A stretch of DNA of 10,789 bases, from assembly GCA_964519415.1 (NCBI GenBank), contig CAZFJM010000002.1:51973-62761 (forward strand), written 5' to 3'. The number at the start of each line of letters is the position of its first letter. Within the stretch, counting starts at the first letter, position 1. A program made the position numbers and the translations under genes. Origin of the DNA: Candidatus Woesearchaeota archaeon. Lineage in GTDB: Archaea > Nanobdellota > Nanobdellia > Pacearchaeales > GW2011-AR1. The notes beneath the pieces were generated by a model. The model did no database searches, was not told where the DNA came from, and worked only from the letters and a program-made list of their open reading frames with translations. Shown in pieces: positions 5,442 through 10,743 of the stretch.

Positions 5442-7313
5442 ATGGAAAATATATTTAGTTCGAAGGAAGACCAGCATGTTTTTGATTATCTTAAAATCTT
5501 AAAATCTCTAAATGAAATTCCTTTCCCAATAGGAAAAACAACTTTAATAGACTTCTTAACAGGCGACTCTACAAATGCATCAGTCTCTAAAAACAAATTA
5601 ACTAGGAAAATAAACTTCAATAGTCTAAAACTATCCAAAGACCAAACAAGAGAAATGATAGATGACCTAATCAAACAAAGATTCATAGAAGTTACAGGCA
5701 CTCTTTCAAACCCATTTATTAAACTTCTAAGCCTAACATCTAAAGGCAGTACAGAACTAATCAACCCCCAATACTATAATAAAAAACAAAAAGAAACTCC
5801 GGTCCTAACAAAGTTTGACATTAGCACAGAAGAAATATACGAATTTCAAGAATTTGATAAGTTCCTAGAAAACTTCAATGAAAACCAAAAAAAAGCAATA
5901 ATCTCAAAGAACGAAAAAATAATGTGTATTGCAGGAGCAGGCTCTGGTAAAACAGCAGTTCTAACAAAAAGAATAGAGTTCTTAGTAAAACATAGAGGAG
6001 TAGATCCTTCAAAAATCCTAGCAATAACCTTCACAAGAAAAGCAAGACAAGAAATGAGAAATAGACTTCAAGAATTCGGAATCTCAACAAATGTAGAAAC
6101 ATTCAACTCTTTAGGAGAACACATTCTTAACAAATATGAAAATGAAATTTACGGAAGACCAATAAGACTAATTAGTACTGCAGACAAAATAACAATGGTA
6201 AAGGAAGCCCTAGAAAGTCAAAAAAAGACACTTTCACAAGCAGTAGAAGAATACTTCACACCGCAACAACGAGCAAATAAAACTCCTGAAAGACTAATGT
6301 GGACTTTCATAAACGATTGTTTCACAATAATAGATTATTTCAAATCTAAAAATACACCAATACCTGATTTCTCAAAAGATGCAGACACTAAACACTATCT
6401 AATTGCCCTAATGGTCCATAGAACTTGCAGCTATATTAAAATATATATGGAAACAGAAGGCCTAAGAGACTTTTCAGACCAAGTTATAGATTCATTAAAT
6501 TTCCTTAAAAGAAACCCCGACAAAATCCCTAGATTCGAACATATCCTAGTAGACGAATACCAAGATCTCAACTCCATGCAAGTAGATTTCATAAAACTAC
6601 TAAATGCTCCAAATATTTTTGGAGTTGGCGATCCCAGACAGTCTATTTTTGGTTGGAGAGGCTCAGAAATCACATATATAACAAACTTCTCAAAAGAATA
6701 CCCTGAATCCGAAGTCGTTCCTTTAATCATGAATTACAGAAGCACAAAAAAAATAGTAGAACTAATGAACTCCTCAATTAAACACTTAAAATTTCCAGAC
6801 TTAGTTTCAAATAAAGAATCCAAAATAAACGAAATAGCAATAGAAAAATTCGAAACAGAAATGGATGAAATTTTAGACGTCCTACAGAAAGTCCTAGAAT
6901 CTAAATCAGAAAGACACGAAATATTTATCCTAGCTAGAACAAATAGACAACTACTAGAAATTTCAAAAATAATGAAAAATATGCAAATACCGCACATATT
7001 GAAAACAGAAGACGAAAATACTCAAATAAATGCAAAGGAAGGAGAAGTAACTTTAGCAACAATCCACTCAATCAAAGGATTACAAGCAAGAGAAACTTTC
7101 GTAATTGGCTGCAACGTTCAAAACTTCCCCTGTAAAGCATCCGACCACCCAATAATTGAAATGATAAAAATGGAAAACTACGACAAAGACGAAGAAGAAA
7201 AGAGATTATTCTACGTAGCAATTTCAAGAGCAAAAGAAAAACTATATTTAAGTTATTCAGGAACGAAAACAGATTTCATCACCGATGAAATGATTAAGAT
7301 AATCAATGACTGA
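5442..7313 (+). CDS. SF1 UvrD/PcrA/Rep-like DNA helicase with an N-terminal winged-helix (RQC-like) extension, 623 aa
   Basis: All SF1A motifs are readable. Q-region: NENQKKAI. Motif I: AGAGSGKT (5931-5954). Ia: AITFTRKARQEM. Ib: TFNSLG. II: ILVDEYQDLN. III: GVGDPRQSIFGWRGS. IV: NYRST. V: TIHSIKGLQARETFVIG. VI: EEKRLFYVAISRAKEKLYLSY. The roughly 150 aa N-terminal extension contains FPIGKTTLIDFLTGDS...MIDDLIKQRFIEV...LSLTSKGSTEL. Confidence 0.9.
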   Translation: MENIFSSKEDQHVFDYLKILKSLNEIPFPIGKTTLIDFLTGDSTNASVSKNKLTRKINFNSLKLSKDQTREMIDDLIKQRFIEVTGTLSNPFIKLLSLTSKGSTELINPQYYNKKQKETPVLTKFDISTEEIYEFQEFDKFLENFNENQKKAIISKNEKIMCIAGAGSGKTAVLTKRIEFLVKHRGVDPSKILAITFTRKARQEMRNRLQEFGISTNVETFNSLGEHILNKYENEIYGRPIRLISTADKITMVKEALESQKKTLSQAVEEYFTPQQRANKTPERLMWTFINDCFTIIDYFKSKNTPIPDFSKDADTKHYLIALMVHRTCSYIKIYMETEGLRDFSDQVIDSLNFLKRNPDKIPRFEHILVDEYQDLNSMQVDFIKLLNAPNIFGVGDPRQSIFGWRGSEITYITNFSKEYPESEVVPLIMNYRSTKKIVELMNSSIKHLKFPDLVSNKESKINEIAIEKFETEMDEILDVLQKVLESKSERHEIFILARTNRQLLEISKIMKNMQIPHILKTEDENTQINAKEGEVTLATIHSIKGLQARETFVIGCNVQNFPCKASDHPIIEMIKMENYDKDEEEKRLFYVAISRAKEKLYLSYSGTKTDFITDEMIKIIND

Positions 7314-7326
7314 AAGGTATTTAAAC
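7312..7326 (+). promoter_or_regulatory. BRE/TATA promoter for the 7347 gene, overlapping the helicase stop codon
   Basis: GAAAGGTATTTAAAC ends 20 nt upstream of ATG 7347, a leaderless geometry. Confidence 0.55.
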
Positions 7327-7346
7327 AGAAGATAAATAAGATAATT

Positions 7347-7751
7347 ATGGTAGACCTACAAAATAATAAAAAGTTAATTATAATCATTGCAGCAATCGCT
7401 GCATTAGTAATCATAGCCGGAATCGCAATATCAATTTTTAGTTCTTCATCTAATAAAACAGAAAAAGCTCCAGAAGACCAAACCATCGGAGAAATATTAG
7501 ATGGGTGTATGCAAACATGTAGCCAACTTTCAGGTTCAACTAAAACAGATTGCGAAGCAGGATGTACTCAAGCAAGACAAACAACAGTAAGTGAATTTGA
7601 AAAAGCAGGAATAGTAGGAGCAGAAGATATGACAACAGAAGAAGCATTACAAGAAATAAAAGCTAACTGCGTGAATATTTGTCAAACAAATCCTCAAATA
7701 CCTGAAGAATACAGAGCAGAGTGTGTTATCAAATGTGAATCAGTACAATAA
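7347..7751 (+). CDS. Membrane-anchored, cysteine-rich small protein (134 aa) with two twin-CX3C modules
   Basis: The N-terminus has NNKK followed by a TM (LIIIIAAIAALVIIAGIAISIF). The eight Cys are at positions 54, 58, 69, 73 and 108, 112, 126, 130. That gives CX3C-X10-CX3C (7506-7565) and CX3C-X13-CX3C (7668-7736). Confidence 0.7.
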   Translation: MVDLQNNKKLIIIIAAIAALVIIAGIAISIFSSSSNKTEKAPEDQTIGEILDGCMQTCSQLSGSTKTDCEAGCTQARQTTVSEFEKAGIVGAEDMTTEEALQEIKANCVNICQTNPQIPEEYRAECVIKCESVQ

Positions 7752-7752
7752 A

Positions 7753-9222
7753 TTACTTTCTTCTTCCAACCAAAACTATAATTAAAAGCATTAAAATAAT
7801 TGCAATAAGTAAGATCATATTGAAAATTAAACCATTTTCTTCTCCAGATAGATAACTTTCCATACTAAATCCTTCACTCTCGCTATTATTTACATAATTA
7901 AGAGCAACAACGAAATTATCATTCATCGAAATTGAATCTGCAGTTTCGTTAGAATCAAAGTCATTTACTGGTGCATGCGTATTATGTCCACAGCTAGAAG
8001 TATGAACATGAGTATTTGTACTGCTAGTTGAATTATTAGTTGTAGTATTTGTTGTAGTATTAATTGTAAAGTTAACAGTCGCATTACCTGTAATATTTGT
8101 AGTAGTATTGATAGTCGTATTTATTGTTACATTGGTAGTAATATTAATAGTTGTATTTGTTGTTATATTACCTAGATTACCTACTGTCACATTTGGATTA
8201 GGTAATAAAAAGCTTGAATTAACTCCTAAATAATCTGTATAATTAACATAAGCAATTTGATTTAAATGACTTAAAGAGGAATTATAAACAAAAACATCGA
8301 AACTGAAAGTTTTTACTTCTCCAATATTCAAAGAGCCAGCATCGCAAATTACTCTTCTTTCATTCCAAATATAATGACAATCTGCAGGCAGAGTTATTGG
8401 GAAAACTCCTTGCTCTAAAATATCTGTAACAACTATATTACTTCCAGAAACACTAGTTAAAACAGTATTATTAATATCATCAACCAACCAACCAGCAATA
8501 TCATTCATAGTATTAGGATCACTAACAGTCGGATAATGCCAATACATCCCATTACCAATACGAGATATATTCCTAAGTAAATTAAATCCAGGATTGTTAA
8601 ATTCTTCTCCAATACCTATTGTATAAATAGAAATATTATTTGCAGCAGCAAGCCTTGCCTGTTGAAGAGCGTATGCTCTAGCATTAGCTGGAATATTTGC
8701 CTTTCCATCAGAGATTAAAACAATAACTCTTGAATTATTAGTATTATTAAACTGTTCAGAAGCTTTCTTTATTGCTTCACCAATATTAGTACCGCCAGAA
8801 GCAGAAATTGCACTAATATTATCCTTTACAGAGATATAATCCTGAGTCAAGTTATTTCTTACAAAAGGATTAGCATTAAAATAAATAAGGCCAACTCTAT
8901 CATAAACAGAATTTAAACTATCAACTACTGCCTTTCCAGCTAATTTTGCCTGTGAGAGTTTATCCCCACACATACTACATGAATTATCTATAACTATAAT
9001 AAAATCTGAAGGAACAATAACAGATCCAGAGCTACCTGCACCATTAACAGTCAAAGTAATAGTAGCCCTATCTCCAACAGACAGAACATTAGAAGATAAT
9101 GTCTTATTTCCTTCTAAATAGGGAACTGCTGAAATAAATGTTAATGAAACTACAACTAATAAAATAAAACTTACTAAACTAAGAATGATTCTCTTTGCAT
9201 TTTTGTGTGGTTCTCTCTTCAT
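7753..9222 (-). CDS. von Willebrand factor A (vWA) domain surface glycoprotein with MIDAS motif, Asn/Thr-rich stalk and C-terminal TM anchor (489 aa)
   Basis: N-terminal signal or anchor IILSLVSFILLVVVSLTFISA. MIDAS DxSxS is IVIDNSCSM (DNSCS at 8974-8988), with GGTNIGEA and VLISDGKAN as the later vWA motifs. The stalk is NITTNTTINITTNVTINTTINTTTNITGNATVNFTINTTTNTTTNNSTSSTNT. The C-terminal TM is IFNMILLIAIILMLLIIVLVG followed by RRK. Confidence 0.85.
   Translation of the reverse strand: MKREPHKNAKRIILSLVSFILLVVVSLTFISAVPYLEGNKTLSSNVLSVGDRATITLTVNGAGSSGSVIVPSDFIIVIDNSCSMCGDKLSQAKLAGKAVVDSLNSVYDRVGLIYFNANPFVRNNLTQDYISVKDNISAISASGGTNIGEAIKKASEQFNNTNNSRVIVLISDGKANIPANARAYALQQARLAAANNISIYTIGIGEEFNNPGFNLLRNISRIGNGMYWHYPTVSDPNTMNDIAGWLVDDINNTVLTSVSGSNIVVTDILEQGVFPITLPADCHYIWNERRVICDAGSLNIGEVKTFSFDVFVYNSSLSHLNQIAYVNYTDYLGVNSSFLLPNPNVTVGNLGNITTNTTINITTNVTINTTINTTTNITGNATVNFTINTTTNTTTNNSTSSTNTHVHTSSCGHNTHAPVNDFDSNETADSISMNDNFVVALNYVNNSESEGFSMESYLSGEENGLIFNMILLIAIILMLLIIVLVGRRK
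8011..8178. repeat. Low-complexity repetitive DNA encoding the (I/V)N(I/T)TT stalk of the vWA protein
   Basis: Reiterated GTTGTAGTATT / GTAATATT / ATTGTT units on the + strand. They encode residues 349-404, which are nearly all N, T, I and V and form overlapping N-x-T sequons. Confidence 0.75.
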
Positions 9223-9273
9223 GATAATCCATCACACACTCTCTTCACTCGGGTTAAACTAAATAATAGTTAT

Positions 9274-9307
9274 TATTGAGTGACAACAATCCTATTTAAA
9301 TCTTTCG
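9274..9307 (-). promoter_or_regulatory. BRE/TATA promoter plus TTGTTGTCA box for the vWA gene
   Basis: The minus strand reads CGAAAGATTTAAATA-GGA-TTGTTGTCACTCAATA. The 15-mer is identical to 3535-3549. The TATA box sits about 70 nt upstream of ATG 9222, which implies a leader of roughly 50 nt, unlike the other units. Confidence 0.6.
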
Positions 9308-9332
9308 TTTTGAAACCACCAACCAGTAACAT

Positions 9333-9375
9333 AAAAAACAATAGAAAAATTATAACCAATAAAATAAAAGAAAAA
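9333..9375 (-). terminator. Oligo-T terminator region after pilin-like gene 1
   Basis: The minus strand downstream of the stop at 9381 reads GTAAGTTTTTCTTTTATTTTATTGG...ATTTTTC...GTTTTTTATG. Several T5-T6 runs (complements of 9371-9375, 9361-9370, 9345-9349 and 9333-9338) match archaeal intrinsic termination signals. Confidence 0.55.
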
Positions 9376-9380
9376 CTTAC

Positions 9381-9956
9381 TTAAGGAAGAGTATTATATG
9401 CAATATTATAACGACCATCTGTTCCAAGATTGCTATCATCTACATTAAATGCAGACCTTAAATTTACTACATCCAAAGCATTTGCTCTTGAACATTCCAT
9501 CCCATTAATGAAAATAACCCAGTTGGAATTATCACTTCTTTTACTGTTGTTAAATTCTAAACATTTATTATATGCTAATTTATTGGAAATATCAGAATTA
9601 CATTTTGCAGCAACAGTGCTAGAGATTTCTGCTTCTGTGAAAGAAACAACACCGCTTCTTTGCATAAATTCACAATTAGTATATCCCTTCTCACCGCCTA
9701 CAACAGCAGGATATTCAAAAGTACCACAATACTTAGCAAACTTGTCTGCATCAGTAGATCCACTTAAAGAAGATAAGAAACTTGTTTGACAAGAAGCAAT
9801 TCTTGCTTTGTTTTCAACACCTTGTGCGTCAATAACAGTACTAACTTTACCAAAACTAGTATAAACGAAATATGCAACAACAACTGCAGCAATAACAGCT
9901 ACAATAATCCACGGAGTAACCTCCATAGTCTCTGCACCTTTTTTATTCATCCTCAT
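9381..9956 (-). CDS. Type IV pilin-like protein with class III signal peptide (191 aa), six-Cys ectodomain
   Basis: The N-terminus MRMNKKG-AETMEVTPWIIVAVIAAVVVAYFVY has a short basic leader, Gly at -1, Glu at +5 and a roughly 20-aa hydrophobic helix. This closely resembles archaeal pilin/archaellin-type precursors (KKGQxxxE...hydrophobic). An alternative start is ATG 9950. The TATA box ends 21 nt upstream of ATG 9956. Confidence 0.7.
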   Translation of the reverse strand: MRMNKKGAETMEVTPWIIVAVIAAVVVAYFVYTSFGKVSTVIDAQGVENKARIASCQTSFLSSLSGSTDADKFAKYCGTFEYPAVVGGEKGYTNCEFMQRSGVVSFTEAEISSTVAAKCNSDISNKLAYNKCLEFNNSKRSDNSNWVIFINGMECSRANALDVVNLRSAFNVDDSNLGTDGRYNIAYNTLP

Positions 9957-9963
9957 TCTTTTC

Positions 9964-9990
9964 TTACAACAAACCTCTTTATAAATCTTT
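9964..9990 (-). promoter_or_regulatory. BRE/TATA promoter plus TGTTGTAA box for pilin-like gene 1
   Basis: The minus strand reads AAAGATTTATAAA-GAGGTT-TGTTGTAA-GAAAAGA-ATG. It begins directly after the stop codon of the upstream gene (9991-9993). Confidence 0.6.
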
Positions 9991-10743
9991 TTATGAACTA
10001 GTTTTTGAAATATGATTAAACATTAAATTAAATGCAATAAGTTCTATTTTTTTATTTAAATAATAACTATCTTTACTAACCATATGGACCTGCCCAGGAA
10101 CAACCCTATTATATCCTGCATCAAATTGAGGAAATTCCTCATTTAAACAATCCAATAGACTCACTTCAGAATCTGTAACTTCAGAACATATTCCATGACT
10201 TATAACCAAGGCATCGATACCTGGCAAACCAACTCTATTCAAATTAAAAGAACTATTCAAACTAGAAGAGTAATATACTTTAGAATTATCTTCCTTATTA
10301 GAACTTAAATTTTCTTCAATCTGTAATACCGAAGTTGAAATCTTAATAGTTGTACCATCAAATTCAAAAGAATTTACCTTTCCAAAAAATTCTTTCATTT
10401 CCTCAGACTTACCATTATAATTTTTAAAATTAGTTTCTACTTTAGCTTTAAACAATGCATTAAGATCTAAATTAGGATCCCCAATTTTCATAGAATTCTC
10501 CTCCAATACTTCCTTATAACTGTTTAATGAAACCTCCATAAGCCTAAAATATAATGTAGTTTCTGCCAACTGATGATTTGAATAAACTTGCTCTAATTTT
10601 GAAACATCATTAAAATTTCCTGAAATTTTAGCCAAATCAGAATTCATCGCACCAAGTACATATACAAATAATACAATAGTTAAAATTACCATTACCGCTA
10701 CAGAGATATCTCCTCTTTTATTTAATTTAAGATTTGAAAACAT
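9991..10743 (-). CDS. Second pilin-like protein with a putative class III signal peptide (250 aa)
   Basis: I prefer ATG 10743 (MFSNLKLNKRG-DISVAVMVILTIVLFVYVLGA) because GGAGG lies 6 nt upstream. The track's start at 10767 is a TTG, and that frame stays open to the window edge. The basic leader ends in KRG and is followed by a hydrophobic helix. Asp at +1 is atypical, so the prepilin call is tentative. Confidence 0.6.
   Translation of the reverse strand: MFSNLKLNKRGDISVAVMVILTIVLFVYVLGAMNSDLAKISGNFNDVSKLEQVYSNHQLAETTLYFRLMEVSLNSYKEVLEENSMKIGDPNLDLNALFKAKVETNFKNYNGKSEEMKEFFGKVNSFEFDGTTIKISTSVLQIEENLSSNKEDNSKVYYSSSLNSSFNLNRVGLPGIDALVISHGICSEVTDSEVSLLDCLNEEFPQFDAGYNRVVPGQVHMVSKDSYYLNKKIELIAFNLMFNHISKTSS

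Noticed and set aside
3588-7313. Possibility that the helicase, coiled-coil protein and membrane protein form a Zorya-, Gabija- or Hachiman-like anti-phage defence system.
   Set aside because: The helicase is transcribed divergently from its own promoter. No MotB/ZorB-like, OLD/TOPRIM (GajA-like) or nuclease partner is visible. The coiled-coil protein has no TM or MotA-like region. The helicase could still be a solitary defence gene, but nothing in the sequence specifically supports that.
5486-7486. Minus-strand ORFs 5486..5764, 5846..6034, 6431..6730, 6734..6997 and 7253..7486 lying antisense to the helicase and CX3C genes.
   Set aside because: These are shadow ORFs inside a helicase gene whose complete motif set fixes the coding strand. 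Their translations are low-complexity with no start-site signals.
7629-7640. The 12-mer ATGACAACAGAA is identical to 5350-5361, which contains the promoter box complement. This raised the possibility of an internal antisense promoter inside the CX3C gene.
   Set aside because: It lies in frame in coding sequence (D-M-T-T-E-E). The nearest upstream AT-rich tract on the minus strand is at the wrong spacing, about 16 nt instead of 4-7 nt. No ORF follows. It is most likely chance in AT-rich, Thr/Glu-rich coding DNA.
9430-10001. Plus-strand ORFs 9430..9789 and 9786..10001 lying antisense to pilin-like gene 1.
   Set aside because: They are shadow ORFs. The minus-strand gene has a promoter, leaderless geometry, a class III signal peptide and a downstream oligo-T terminator.
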